Source: Naegleria gruberi
Taxonomy: Eukaryota
Length of the DNA stretch: 64,000 bases
Direction: 5' to 3' (one strand)
NCBI GenBank assembly: GCA_000004985.1
Contig: GG738855.1
The notes under the pieces are model-generated. The model worked only from the letters and a program-made list of their open reading frames with translations. It was not told the DNA's origin and made no database searches. Below are positions 11,634 through 25,373 of this stretch, in pieces. Position 1 is the first letter of the stretch, and each line of letters starts with the position of its first letter. The translations under genes and the position numbers were made by a program.

Positions 11634-14600
11634 ATGTTAGGCAAGAAACAAGGTTCGAAAATTAATATTCCCCTTCTTCAGAACCTTCCCTCCCATAATA
11701 ATATTGTAAATAGTTATAGTTCTAGGGATCCAACATCGACGGAGAGGAGGAAATTAAACAAACTTTCAACAAAATCGAGAATTAAGGAAGACAATTACAA
11801 TTTGGAACGAAAAATTCTTGTGGATGATGAAGATTTCAATCTTGTCACGGCACCAGCTACGTTTGTACAAGTTATCGAAGAAGAAAATCTCGATAACAAT
11901 GCTAAAAACCAACTATTGGTTCCTAATAATCAAACAAATACTTCTGATGATTCGGAAGATAAGAAAAATGGAACAAGACAAACACGAAGAGTCATGAAGA
12001 AGTCTCCTACAGCTTCAACAGCCATCAGCAAATTTTCTCTTGTACACGGAAAAGTGAAAGCTATTGCATCTATTCAATTGGCTGGTAAAATTAGGAGAAA
12101 GGAATTAAATCAAAAAGTTAAACAATTAAGTGAATATGCTGATCACGATCTTGAAGAAATTCAGAAAGGAAAAGAAAATAGAATTTCACCATCATTCGAA
12201 GAATCTGAGGAAGATGATCAAGCGAGAAGAGATACAGATTATGCTAAATATTTACAAGATAAAAAGAAATTGGAAAAGAAACCTATTGAAGATGATATTA
12301 ATGAAAAAATTAAATTGGAGGATATTAGAAGATTATTTGAAAATAGTTCCGAAGATGGACTTACAGAAGATGAGTTCATCTCTGGAATGAGTAGATTATT
12401 AGGATCTGGAAGAGATAGAGACGAATTTAAAGCTCTATTTGCTCGCATTGATGCCAATGCAAACGGAAGTGTGGATTGGAATGAATTTTCAACCTATGTT
12501 TTGCTAGGTTATGAAGGTGCTAAAAAGATGAAAAACAATTTTGAGGATAAGATGTTTGTAAAACAAACATACCCTGATATCAATACTAAACCAATGTACC
12601 ATAAAGGAAACATTACAAGAATAACAGTGGATGAAAAGAGACAGAGATACTATACAGCAGGAAATGATGGTTTAGTGAAATCGTGGTATTATGAAAATTT
12701 AATGTTTGACAGAAATATTTATTATTCACCGAGCAGTATAATTACAGATATTTCATATTTGCCCTTACATGACGAATTATGTATCTGTAATGTTGACAGA
12801 GTTGTTAGTTTTTATGATCTCGATACTTTCACTGTAAGAAGAGCATTTAAAGGTAGACAATATTATAATAAGGGAATTTATAATATCATATCTAGTAGAG
12901 CAACAGCAGACGATACAACAATCAACAGTCTCATGAGCACAATGGAGGACGATACCAATCCATCTGCCAACTCAAAACCAAATAGACAAACCCAAAAACT
13001 CTCCTCTTCACTACCATCACTTTCTAGAAGAACTTTCAAAGAGTATGCTCCTATTAATATGCCTTCTCGCCTTAAAGATCCTAATCCTCTAATTGAAACT
13101 CTTTCTCCACTTCCTAATAGTGTGAAAATTCACAAGCAAATAGAGAATATGAAGAATGATTATTTTACGAAACCATTCCATATTAGTGATTCAGTTCAGC
13201 TCACTGTTTTGGAAGATTTTATAGACACTCCTACATGTATGACTGATTTTTCTAAATTCTTTGTTGACAGAAAGATGAAAGAAGAAAAACGGAAAACAGG
13301 AGTACTATCACTTCCAACCATAATCAATCAAACTGGGGATTATGTTGGTAGCTATTCAAAACAAGGTATTGAAATCATTAACCCTTGCTTCATTATGTTT
13401 GGAATGGATTCTGGTTATGTGAAATTATTCGATTGTACCACTACCTATACGGGAAGTAGAGTTCAAGAATCTATTCTACCTGAAAAGAAGTGGAAACTTC
13501 ATAATGGGTGGGTTTCAAAAATAATCTATGCACCAAGTATTGACTGTATGATAACGAGCTCGTATGATAAGACCATCTCTGTAACCAATTTTGATGATCC
13601 AAAACGTGGAGGAAGAATATTGCAAGGCCACTCAATGGAAATATACTCTGTTGATTGGTGTGAAAGACATAAATTAGTAGCATCATCCGGAAGAGATAAG
13701 GAAATTAGATTGTGGAATCCGTTCATTCCATCCTCTTTAGTAACACTTTGTGGTCATGAAAAGCCTGTAATAGAAGTCAAATTTAATGTTGACGATAGAC
13801 AAATCATATCTTATGATACTGGAAAAACAATCAAAGTTTGGGATTTAAGAAACTATAAGCTTGTGCAAACAATTGAAGATATCAAGTCTAAACCTACAAC
13901 TGGATCTGCTGATTCTCATATCCAGTCTTTCACTGGTAAATACCCTGGATCAGCTATGATTTATCACCACAAAAAGAGTAGAGTTATAACAGCCAGTCAC
14001 AAAATGAAAACATGGCCAATGAAACGAACACTCACAGAATTTTCATTAGAATACAAGGGTCACAAATCAGCTGTTGTGGCTTGTCTTTACAATGATATGT
14101 TGAGACAACTCATTACATGTGATGAGAAAGTTGTTTGTGTATGGGATGCCACAACAGGTAGGTTACTATTCAAATTTGCTGTTCAAAACAAAATTTCAAA
14201 TGCTGTTCTTGATACTCTAAAACGAAGATTGATCATTTCATCTCACAATGGAGAGGTTTCATTGTGGAATTATATCAATGGTCAGCAGTTATTAGTTTGT
14301 TATTCTCCTCCATTAGAGATTGACGAGATCATAGAAAAACCAGAATACACAGAACCAGCTTATAATGACCTAGCAACTCCAAGAGGTGTTATTGATCAGG
14401 AAACAACTCTTCGATCTTCTTTGGAAGAGAAGAATATTTCATCACTTGATTATAAGGGCCTAGCTTTTGTTTTCAAAGAACTGAGAGGAATTAGATCGAT
14501 AGTCGCTGGAGGTAATAACAAGAGAGTAGTATTTTGGAAAGACGATGATCAGGACTCTTCTGTAGAGGATTTCTCTCATAGCTCAATGAAATTTCCAAAA

Positions 14601-16599
14601 GACATTAATGTAATTCGTCAGTTTAGCGATTATTTGGCAGTGGGGCTTGACAATGGATCAATAATGACCATAGACGCAATCAATGGTGAATTGAAATACT
14701 CTTCTCTCTATACACAAATACCAAATTATACCTATGACATACTTTACTTTATCAACAAGCAGAGAAGAGTTAAAGCAGTACAAACTGATAACCTTCCTCA
14801 ACCAACAACTAATTGTCAAATTGAAGATTTAATGTTTTTAGAGAATAGAGATGGACTTCTTGTTTCCGCCAGAAGTAATGGAATAATATCATTATGGGAA
14901 ACTAGAAAATCCTTAAGTCATCTTTACTCATTCCAAACCACACCCAATGGAGAAGCAATTTCCTGTATTTCATGTAGCAGTACCAATGAAACGATTGTTC
15001 TTGGTGACTCTAGAGGATTTATTTATGTTTATGATTTAACTGATTTGCCAAGAGCCAAATCCTTAGAATTTACAAAACCAGAGAGTATTGTTATACAAAA
15101 GAATAATATTAGACTTGTAAAATCTTTTAAAGCTCATACTGATTCAGTTACAAGTTTGACTTATCTTTCTGGGTTTAACCTTATTGCATCATGTGGCTTA
15201 GATTGTACAGTTGTACTTTTTGATTTGTATGGAATTCCAATTGGATTTTTCGGACAAAAGAATGAGTGGAAAGTTGGTTTGGATTTTACCTATGGAAGAC
15301 ATGAAATAACAGATCTCAAACATGTTATTAATCTCGATCTTTCAATGTATAGAAATGATGATGCAAAAGATAGTGAATTTGATCAAGTCATCAAAAGTAA
15401 AGATGAGCTCAACAAGCTCAATAAGCAATTAGCAAAGAAAAATAATGTAAATAACAGTAACAATACCACCAGTTCCAGTAATAATGGAAGCGTTACTCCT
15501 CAGCCAGATAATAATATGAAGTTAACTATTAACGATCAACCGAAATCACCTGTACCATCAGGTTCCCAAAAGTATAATCATAGCACTGCCTCAACTCCAG
15601 TTCAGAGAAGATCACTAGTTAAAGAGAATTCTAGATCTAATCTAATGTCTCAAAGTCAAACACCACAACCATCAGCAAAACAAAAGACACCAACACTTCT
15701 TGTTTCCACATCTCCATCAGATCAACAACCAGTACAAGCTAAACCTCTCCTTAGTGTATCAGACCCTAACAAACAAGCCAATTTCCTTACTGTAGACACA
15801 AAACCGAATGAGAAGAAGGGAGGAACACTTTCCACCTCTCAGACAAGATATCAAAAATTGCGTGAATTGGAAGATAGAGTTTCAAATCTCATCGAGAAAT
15901 CCCTCAAAGAGCAAGGAGCTGTTGACCAATCCACAACACCAAGAGAGGCTGGGGAAGGGGAAAACTCATACGAAGACTCTAAAGAATCTTCAGAGAGAAA
16001 AGCTCTGGAAAAGTTTCAGAAAACATTACTTTGGTCCCAAGCTCATGATACTAATTGGATAGATAGAGTGAGAACACTAATTGATGTTGATGATTATTCA
16101 TTTGAAAGTAAGTTTTAAGTGATTTTGTTGTAGATAACACCATAATTAAGGAAATATTGAGGATTTCATGGTAGATCACAAGGTTCCCAATACATCACTT
16201 CTCCAAACCACTGTTTCCACAGTAGCTAAACCTGTACCATCTACTCCCTCTTCTAATAAGGGTAGGAACCAAGAAAAGAATATTGTTTCGAGTTCTGTGG
16301 TTGTTGTTGAGCCAAACAAAACAAGAAGTAGATCTATTGCAACTGCTCCATCTGAATTGAATTCGTCAAATAATACCACTCTTCCATCTCCTGTTGCTCA
16401 TCATTCCCCTGCAACTACCTCACACTCTGATAAGTTACCTCACATTTTCAAAGGTAACATGACAGATTCTGCAACAGAGAGAAGATCTCAAGCAAGTTCG
16501 ACATTTGACCAGACGGACAGAGATTTTGAAAAGAAAATCAATAGTTTATTTTCCTCTTTAGACATAACCATTAAGGAGATCAATAAAGTGCTTCTCTAG
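11634..16599 (+). CDS. EF-hand-containing WD40-repeat protein (WDR49/WDR64-like architecture) with Ser/Thr-rich C-terminal exon
   Basis: 1494-aa ORF. A canonical EF-hand loop DANANGSVDWNEF sits near residue 270, followed by many WD-like repeats (…SWYYE, ...LWNP, ...VWDL, ...VWDA, ...LWNY, ...LWET). The ORF ends at a GTAAGT donor (16112). An AG acceptor before 16175 joins in frame to ORF 16168-16599, which is S/T/P-rich. Confidence 0.75.
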
Positions 16600-16634
16600 A
16601 GTTCTTGATACCAATATAATTATTATTTTCATTC

Positions 16635-17438
16635 TTACTTGATAACTCTACTTTGTCTTGCTGAAGCTTCTTTGTAATAACTTAACAAAATTTGTTTTTC
16701 CAAATCACTTGCATGTTCTTTTCTTGTGACGCTCTCAAGTTCAAGACCAATAAGTATTGACACTCCTAATGCCAATACACTTGCTATTGGAATTGTTGTT
16801 TTTGCTCTCTTAATCATTTTCTCTCGTTCCAGTTCTACTCTATAAGATGTCATATTTGGTTTGTTATGCATAAACTGATCCCATGATGTTTTAGATTCAT
16901 CAAAAAATGGTGAAGTTACCTTTTCATCTTCAGCTTTCAACTTTTTTTCATGCAACTTTTTAAGATTTTCTCTAAACTCTCTTTCTTCCTCACTTAAATT
17001 GTCACCCTCATTTGTTTCACTCTTTGGTTTATATCTGTCAGATTGATGCATAATATTGTACATTTTTCTTCTCATAGCTGAATCATAGACAACAGTGTTC
17101 ATATTGGTTCCAAATGGAGATGACGAACTTCCCATAATTCTTCCAAAGTGTGCTCCAATTTCAATTTCTCTATCATATTCTGCTCTCTTTTCTTCATCAC
17201 TTAGAATATCATAACTTTCCTGAATGTCCAACCAGGCTTGGTCATCATCATCCTCATTCTTTTTTTCTACTACTTCATTACTAATATTTGGTGATGGTAT
17301 TGCTTGTGCCTTTTTATTGGTATCTGGATGGTGTTTCTTTGCTAAATTATAATAGGCTTTTTTAATTTGTTGTTTAGTGGCATTCCGAGTAACTCCTAAT
17401 ATTGAATAATAATCCACAATTTGGTTTGGTATTTTCAT
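16635..17438 (-). CDS. DnaJ (J-domain) protein with C-terminal transmembrane anchor
   Basis: The N-terminus [34 protein letters not shown] is a J domain with the HPD motif. An acidic middle region follows, and a C-terminal hydrophobic segment [19 protein letters not shown]. The stop codon lies only 35 bp from the stop of the convergent upstream gene. Confidence 0.8.
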   Translation of the reverse strand: MKIPNQIVDYYSILGVTRNATKQQIKKAYYNLAKKHHPDTNKKAQAIPSPNISNEVVEKKNEDDDDQAWLDIQESYDILSDEEKRAEYDREIEIGAHFGRIMGSSSSPFGTNMNTVVYDSAMRRKMYNIMHQSDRYKPKSETNEGDNLSEEEREFRENLKKLHEKKLKAEDEKVTSPFFDESKTSWDQFMHNKPNMTSYRVELEREKMIKRAKTTIPIASVLALGVSILIGLELESVTRKEHASDLEKQILLSYYKEASARQSRVIK

Positions 17439-17764
17439 TTTAAATTATTAAATTATTATATAAGAGCAGTACTATTATTACTAAAATGTTGGTGTGAGGT
17501 TTGTTGATATTGTTTAATAGTTAATTTTTCTCTGTCGGAAGAATATTAAGTTGTCATCCACAGTGTTTTATTTTTTTTCCTAGTTTGTCGGCGAAACTTT
17601 ATTATCCAAATTTATTACAAGGTAGTGACCCTAGATAATATTAAAAGCACAATGAGTTTATGAATGGAAGTACTTCAACAAGAAACTAAACTTGTGTTTC
17701 CTCAATACTCTAATAATTTACATATAATTTTTGGTTTTTTTTTATTACAAAATTAGAAAATAAC

Positions 17765-18904
17765 TTAGTTCTTAAGTGGCTTTCTGGCCAAGAAGAAGTA
17801 TGATGGAGTGAAAATACCAGTCTTACCACCACCAACCAAACCTTCAGCACCAGCCATCAAGAATTCGTAAGCTTGTTGTGAAGTCTTTGGGACGAGACCG
17901 ATCTTTTCCAAAATACCGACGAGTTTGTGAACTACCCATCTACCGTATGAAGTTTGGAACCAGTTAGTAAGTTCCCAACCACCATTATCCAAAGGTTGAT
18001 ACCATGGAATTGGATTAATCTTATCAGTAATAGCAACATCTTCAGTTCTAATAACTTCAAATCCAGCCTTAACCAAAGCATCATCAATTTCCTTATCCAT
18101 GAGGATTTCTGGCAAACCATCACCCTTCATGATATCAAACTTAATCTTGTTGTGTTCTTCATTCTTAGAATCATACTTTCCAGTAATCATAACCCATTCA
18201 TAACCACCGAAGACTGCACCTGGCTTCAACTTGTTAAAGATTTGCTTATAACAATGTGGTCTATCCTTGGCGTGGCAAGTAGCTTCAATAGCATAGGCAG
18301 CATCATATGATTCAGCTGGTAAATCCTTATTATCATCCAAATTATTGAAATCTCCACGAACAATGTTACATCTTCCATCCATACCCATTTCATTGATGAA
18401 AACCTTAGCACGTTCAGATTGATATGGGTGATTATTAACACCAGTAACATTACAACCAGAGAAACGAGCAATATTAACAGCTGGACCCATAACACCACAA
18501 CCCAAATCCAAACACTTCATACCTGGCTTCAAATCTAATTGTTTAGCTAACCAGTATTCGTGTCTAAGAATGGATTCAATGAGGGATTCTCTAGAGTGAC
18601 TAATCTAGTGTTAATTAAATCATGTTTAAATTTAACAAATAACAACATACCGAGTAGCAAAGTGGAAAGATCTACCCCAACCATACAAGTAGAAATCAGT
18701 AACCATATCATAATATTTACCAGCAACATCCCAACCGGCCTTCTTTCTCTTTTCGTGGGTTTGTTGGTTATCAGTAGCAAAGAGTTCTTGATAAGAAGCA
18801 GTCTTATCAGTATCAGTCAAGTGACTTCCCTTGATTTGTTCACGGAACTTAAAGAGGTAGAGAATGAAACCACCAACAATAACTGTTAAAATGATAAGGA
18901 ACAT
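17765..18904 (-). CDS. Sterol 24-C-methyltransferase (ERG6/SMT1 family), two exons
   Basis: Exon 1 (about 18651-18904) encodes an N-terminal TM helix and YLYGWGRSFHFA, the ERG6 YEYGWGSSFHF motif. Exon 2 (17765 to about 18590/18604) follows an intron of about 43-60 nt with a GTATGT donor. It encodes ILRHEYWLAKQLDLKPGMKCLDLGCGVMGPAVNIARF, YAIEATCHA, YEWVMT, IPWYQPL and a C-terminus GGGKTGIFTPSYFFLARKP, colinear with ERG6. Confidence 0.85.
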
Positions 18905-19284
18905 TTTGATACGTTCGACAAGGGTTTATTGTAGTGGCGTATTTTTTTTCAACAAAAACTTACATCATTTCACAGAACATAAACAACGCAAGAGCTTGAT
19001 GTCGGTGCTTGCTTTGTGATTTTTCCAATCTGATGGCGTTATTATTAAGAGGCAGCATTAATTGTGTGATTCTTCGTTTTGTGCTAACCTTGATAGGTTT
19101 TGAAAAGGCACTGAAATGCTGATACTCGGAGAGCGTTCGGCCTTCGATAAGCGAAGAGAGGAGAAGCGATTTGTTAACGTTGCGAGTTGTAAAATCAACA
19201 ACCCTTTGCAAAAACATGTATGTAGCCAATTCGAGAATTTAATCATGCTTTTGAAAAGGATTGTTTATTGAGTCGTTTCGTTGA

Positions 19285-22200
19285 TTATTCAGAAGAGGTT
19301 GAGGAAGAAGATCCGTTTCTTCCTTCATTGCTTATTGTTGGAGGATTGATAACAATAAGCGGAATTTTGAGGCATTTCTTAATGAGCTGCAGAGAGTGAA
19401 GGAAAAATCTATAACCATTTCTAGAGTTCTCTGATGGTGTGAGTCTACTGTTGGCCAACTGACCACTATTTGTATAAACAATTTGCATATCCATCAAGAA
19501 TTCAAGAGCTATTGACATGACAGATTCAGGGAAAAACAGTAAAGTGCAGTCTGGTCTGAAATTGAGTAAACAAATAATGGCCTCACTCAAATCCAATAAA
19601 TCTGAAAATGAAAGAATAAATACAGGGAAATCTTGTGCAGAGTTGTAGGATTCAATATGCGTGATAATTTGTGTTGGATTCTCACTTATAGACGAAAGTT
19701 TTACAAAGTTGACGAACTTGTATCTGTCTGATTTGGATTTTGGTTTACGACCATACCCAATGATTGGACAATGGAAAGGTAGGTTTGGAAGGCTATCGTG
19801 GAATACCCCAGAGTTAACACTTTCATTTTGAATATTAAGCCCTTTCTTGATACATTCCAATATCCATTTCTTTCTATCACTTTCGACTGGTGAAATGTAT
19901 TTGAGCTCATCTTCAGAGTAGAAACAAAAATATTGAGGTTTGAATTTCATCTTTCCATTTCTCTTATTCTCTTGAGAAACAACTCTTTGAAGGGAAAAGT
20001 TTCTAGAAATAAAGTGGTCAAACATTAATTCCCAAGGAAGAACTTGTAAACTCCTACTACACAACAAAATTAATTGAGAATTAGGGTAGCAGAGCTCAGA
20101 TAGTCTTGGTAATCCGGAAAAATCTGTAGATCTTGGAGTAAGAGAGAAGAATTTACTCTTCATTCTCTTAAATAATCCAATATAATCAAACTTGTCGAGT
20201 TGTTTGTTAATTCGTTCGTATTTCTTCTTATGTCTAATATTGGGATGATAGTCGTAAGGACCTCTAACAATATTTCTCGATAAATGTTCAATAAGAGAGA
20301 ATGTATTGTCAACTCGAATATTAATTTTCTTATCTTTTCTTGGTTGACAAATCAGACTAAAGAGATAATCTTCAAGTTGGGGAATCACATTTGCAGAGTA
20401 AGCTGGTTTTTGTGAAACAGATTGGCTAGACGATTTGGAGTGTTCACTCTTATAGAATGAGTATTTAGAGTCTGTTGATTTCTTTTCTTCTGATTTTGGT
20501 GAACTATTGTTAAGAGTAGGTTGATTTTTGCCAAGTTTTTGATAGATTATTTGTCCTGTCTTTGGAGTGTAGAATGTAATGACTGAATCAATATGGATAA
20601 TATACACTAGTTTTTCCAAAGTATTCATTCCAAGATTTCTAGTGGATTCAATAGATGAATAATCGATCAAGAGTGACTTCATATAGTCTATTTCTTCTGA
20701 TTTTTGTGCATCTTCAAGTTTAATGTCTACGTATGATGGAAATTGTTGGGAATTCTTTTGTTTAACAATTGACATTAGGTGATAAAGCCTTCTCATAGAC
20801 TCTTGGTTTCTAAAGTTTAACTCTTTCTCAGAAAGATGATGCTTTTTTGCATGAAGTTTCATTCTAAAGATACATCCCCAGATTTTCTCACTAAGCAGGT
20901 CGTGAGGAGAAGGGTAATCCAAATATCCATCTGAAGATTTTGATCCATTTGATGATTGAGTGGATTGTGATCCTGTGCCAGGTCCCATTTTCAGTAAATT
21001 GAAAGACTTTAAGCTTCTCCCAGAATTGCTCTTTACGGAGGATTTTCTTCTTCTCCTCAGGAATGGAAGAGTTCTAACAGAGTTAATCTGTGTATTAATC
21101 AAAAGTGATTCATATATCTTATTTTTAGTTACCAGTGATATTTCTTCTACCTCGGATTCTGAAGATGAATCTGAGTAGGTAGAGTCGTATACAGTCGAAT
21201 CATTTGATTCTGGAGAGGTTCTCTTAAGTATCTGTTCAATTTCTGTTTCTAACAGAAGGTATGAATCAATGATAGATAAGTTATTATTAATCAATTCCTT
21301 AGATCCAAGACAGAACATTAATCGTACAAGACGTTTCAACAATGTTAAGAGTTTTTCAAGGAAAGATGGTGGTGCACCTTTTGAAACGACCACTTCAGTG
21401 TCATTGATAAAGAGTGTAAAGACAACATCTCTGCAGTGCTTCCAAAATATTTCGGCACTTGTTCTCTTGCCTTGTAAAAATTTGGCTTCTGCCATCGTTA
21501 TGTAACCATCGAGAGCAACAAGGACTGAGGTCGTTTTCAAAGCAACCTCAAGTGCAGGAAGTATGTGCTTTGTCTCAATTTCTTTCAAGTCCAACTCCCA
21601 GCCATCACTCTTAGATAAAATTAACAAGTTAGGATCAACACCACAGAAAACTATTGGAACAATTAAATATTCTATCTGGAATCTGGCAATGAAAATATCT
21701 ACTTTTGCAGCATTTAACTCGTTTGTACAAATTATATATAATTCCTTTGATTTGTAAAGGCAATCAAGGGCATCTAGTAAAACTTCTTCTGGGTTGTTGT
21801 AAATTGACCTCTTATTAATTAAACTGCTATCCATAGCGTAATTATATGTGCTTCTCCCAAAAAATTCTCGTAGTCTTTCCACTAATTCAATTTTGTTTGT
21901 ACTAGTGAGGGTGGAAGGGAAAGAAACAGGACTAGTATCTTGACTAATCTTTTGCAAAATTTTTCCTTTTAGGAAAAGAAGGTCAGCCAAAACATACGGA
22001 GCTGTACATTGAGATAAAGCAATATTAATGCAGCATAAAGCATCAGAAAATCGTGATAATTTAAGGAAACATCTAGCTGTGATTTCCAATATTTTGATAG
22101 GATCCACTCCGCTTGTTTCTAGAATTGAAACCTGTTCTGACATTAACACACCCAGTCTAAAAAGAACAAAATCACACTCCTTTAGCCATCTCTTTTTTAG

Positions 22201-25016
22201 GTAAGCTTCGGCTAAATTTATGTACACAGTGCATCTTTGTATTGAGGTGATTTTCTCTTCCATTAGTCTGGCCAGTAAATCCATTCCTCTTTCAAAATTA
22301 TAACTTTGGAGGAATAATTTAGCTAGTGTTAATTGTAGATTAAGTTCATACTCTCCAGATTTTCCTTGAGATCTCATAAATAGTAATGAATTAGTAATGC
22401 ATGATTCTGCATTTTTAAAATCACCTCGCTCAATATAAAGAGAAGATAAAAGAGATGAAAGGTGACCATATTTGGCTGTCATCTTTTCTTCGTTTGCATG
22501 ATTAAGTAACAATGTGTAATAGTAAATTCCAGATCTCCAATCATCTTCTCTTATACTCAATTCTGCTAAATCATTTACAAGAGTATAATCATAGGAAAGA
22601 TTGATTAGCTTTTGATTTTCTACAGCAGCCCTAAATATCAAAGAAGAGTATGTATACTTGTTATTTTCAGTGAGAACTTGTGCAAGTTCAACTAAAACCC
22701 TGGTACATATGTTGCTTAAAAGGCTTGGTATTGCTTTTGTAAAACCACTTGTCTGACAAAATATGTAAACACTTTCGAAAAGAACTCTCTCTGCCTGTTT
22801 GTAATCATTAGAAATGTTTCTGCAATATAAGCCAAGAGAAAAGGCAACAAAAGCTTTAAAAGTGGACATACATGGAAGCTTGTGGTAAAAAATGTTGAGT
22901 AATTCTGTTCGTTGATTAACATCTAGGAGATAGTGGAAGTTTGGATCTAAAGAAGAAGTCATTCTATTTTGAATGGACATTATTCTGAAATCTTTCTTTT
23001 GTGGATCAACTGTATACTCCATTGTCAGAGGGGAAATATTATACAAAAAGTAATGCAGTATAATTAAGGCTTCACATGCCATATCAGCATGAGTTGGAGG
23101 AGTGGTTAAATGTGATTTTGGATCCATGATCATAACAGTAGGAGTTGAAACTTGGCTATTTCTTGAGAAAATTTCTACAAGTTTGGATACAATTTTCTCG
23201 CATCGTTTGAACGTTTCTTGTTTCTTTGAGAATAGTACAATATTGTGACATAAACCCTTGATTTCTATAAGTTCTAACATATCAATGTTCTTGGAATTAA
23301 ATAATAATAGATATGATTTCATATCCAAAAATCTATCATAATTATCTGGATTAACTAACAGTGCGGCTATTTCCAATAAAGCCAAACTAAGTTTAAATAA
23401 TTCATTCAATTTTTGGACATCTTCATGATCAATATCACTCGTTATTCTTGCTGCTGGAATTTTAGAGAAGTATTCTCCTATCAATTTGAAGCAAGATGCA
23501 CAAGACTCCTTTGTTCCGATCCTCATCAATTTCCAAGCTGATTCATAATAAAATTGTGCCCATGCCACAGAGAAAGGATCAATATAATCGATATTGTGTC
23601 TAAATTTCTCCAAAATTAAATCTTTTGAGCTTTCAGCAGATAATTCTTCTTCAGATTTGTATCGGTTCATTTCCTCGAGATTTAGTGATCTCAACCATTT
23701 CAAGAAATGTTCTTTGGATGTTAGAACGGTTTCATCTTCTAATTCTAAAGAATAGAGCTGAGGAATAGTTTCATCATACTTTTGTACAACAAAAGTGTTT
23801 CGGAATAAAGCAAGATTTTTTTTTCTGAAAAGTGAAAGACGAGGAGGGAATAGTTGTTCCTCAATAGGGTCAATTTCATCCTCAGGATTTGAGGAAAAAT
23901 ATCCAGCATACACACCTTTAAGTTGAGTAGCTGATTCAACTCCCCAGTCATCATCATCGTCGTCATCACTATAGCTATGTACACTCGAGGTGGAAAAAAA
24001 CTGTGTTGTACTCTCAACCAGTTTTCTTTGCACTTCACTTTCGATATCTCTTAATTGTTTATCTTCTTTAGTGGATTTAGGACTGATTTTCGCAATAAAT
24101 TGAATGAACTTCAAAGCTGTTTTTACTAAGCTCATTCTAATCAATACCTTAAGTAATACTCTCATCGATTCAATAAACAATTCTTCTCTTAGAAGGTAGC
24201 AATTTGAGTTTCCAAATAAAATTAAATAATGAAGAGAAGGGAGAACGTATCTGAAAATTAGTTTTTCACACTCTTCCTTTTCTATTGATTTACAATCATT
24301 TTCCTCAAGAATGATTCTTGCTTGATAAGTTATTATTTCTCCACAACATATAGAGATACTATGCAACAGATTAGCATTGGAACTGTTGCTAGCATTGAAG
24401 AACGTGTTGATGTAACTAAAATTTGCTGATGATTTGTGATTATATGATGAAAATGATGGTGAGTAATTTGATCCTGTTGATATTAGTCGAAAGAGCGTCT
24501 CTCCTCTTTCTCTTGCTGATGATAAATATTCCTTACAGTCCTCTATCTTTCCTACACCTTTCATAACTTGAGCAAACATAAATAAAACCCTAACGTATAA
24601 CAATTCAACTATAGTAAAGTGAGTGAGATTACTAAGATCACATAATTAACAAACATACGCTTCACATTAAAATTCATCGTTATTTGCTCAATCAGCTTGC
24701 TTTGAAGCTTATTCAATTCAAAGTGAGCCTCTCCATAATATCCATACTGAATAAATATAACAGCCCTGTTTAAACCTAATATTAAGCATGATTCATAGGA
24801 GTGTCCTTGAATCAGTGTTGAGGTCGAATTCTCAGAAGGTAAATTTGATTGTACAAGCGAGTCTACTAGTTGAAGTAATTCATAAACTTCCCATTTCGGA
24901 GCACACTTATCCTTGAACTCTAATATTTGGAAGAAATAGCTTGGTGTTATATGCATACATTCACATGATTGTTTAGCCTCAACTATTAATATTAAAATTA
25001 TCAAAATTATCCACAA
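19285..25016 (-). CDS. Very large (~1.85k aa) TPR/helical-repeat protein with possible separase/CHAT-like C-terminal region
   Basis: The 1772-aa ORF 19285-24603 joins in frame to upstream ORF 24659-25016 through a 50-nt intron (24609-24658; GTATGT donor, CTATAG acceptor on the minus strand). The body is long and helical. The C-terminal ~400 aa contains LQVLPWELM, reminiscent of the separase/CHAT LPWE region, but I cannot identify a His/Cys dyad. The assignment is tentative. Confidence 0.45.
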
Positions 25017-25373
25017 ACATTGTTACCTACCTGAGTTCAAAAACTCCAATAGCTTTTCCTCGGCGGAAATAGTTTTTGATTGGTCCTTCATTTAATGTCT
25101 TTCCTTGTTGTTCATCTAAGGTTTTTATAAGAGAAGATTATATATTTTTAAAAGGGAAGAATTATGATGTTTTTTTAAGGATTAAGGAAGAATGAACCAT
25201 AGCTATCTAATAACCTCCAAAAATATCTATGCAAAAAATTGATCAAGAATATGATAAGTCATATTGAATGGAGGAGATATTCATAATTAAGACCATTTAA
25301 CTCTTGGATTCATTCACTTTCGCGTGTCTCTTGTATTAATTGTGTTAACAGAAAACCTTTCTTCAACAAAAAA

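Noticed and set aside
19100-19200. Possible U2 snRNA on the minus strand (starts ATCGCTTCTC)
   Set aside because: Beyond the first 10 nt the sequence lacks the invariant GUAGUA branch-point-interaction box, the Sm site and the stem-loop IIa/IIb layout. I keep it only as a generic structured or GC-rich element in the findings.
24609-25016. Hydrophobic N-terminus MWIILIILILIV... as a signal peptide or TM start of the giant TPR protein
   Set aside because: This is the first ATG in the open frame, but the true initiation codon is more likely an internal Met (for example the Met of MHITPSYFF). The leader is probably an untranslated, AT-rich region read in frame.
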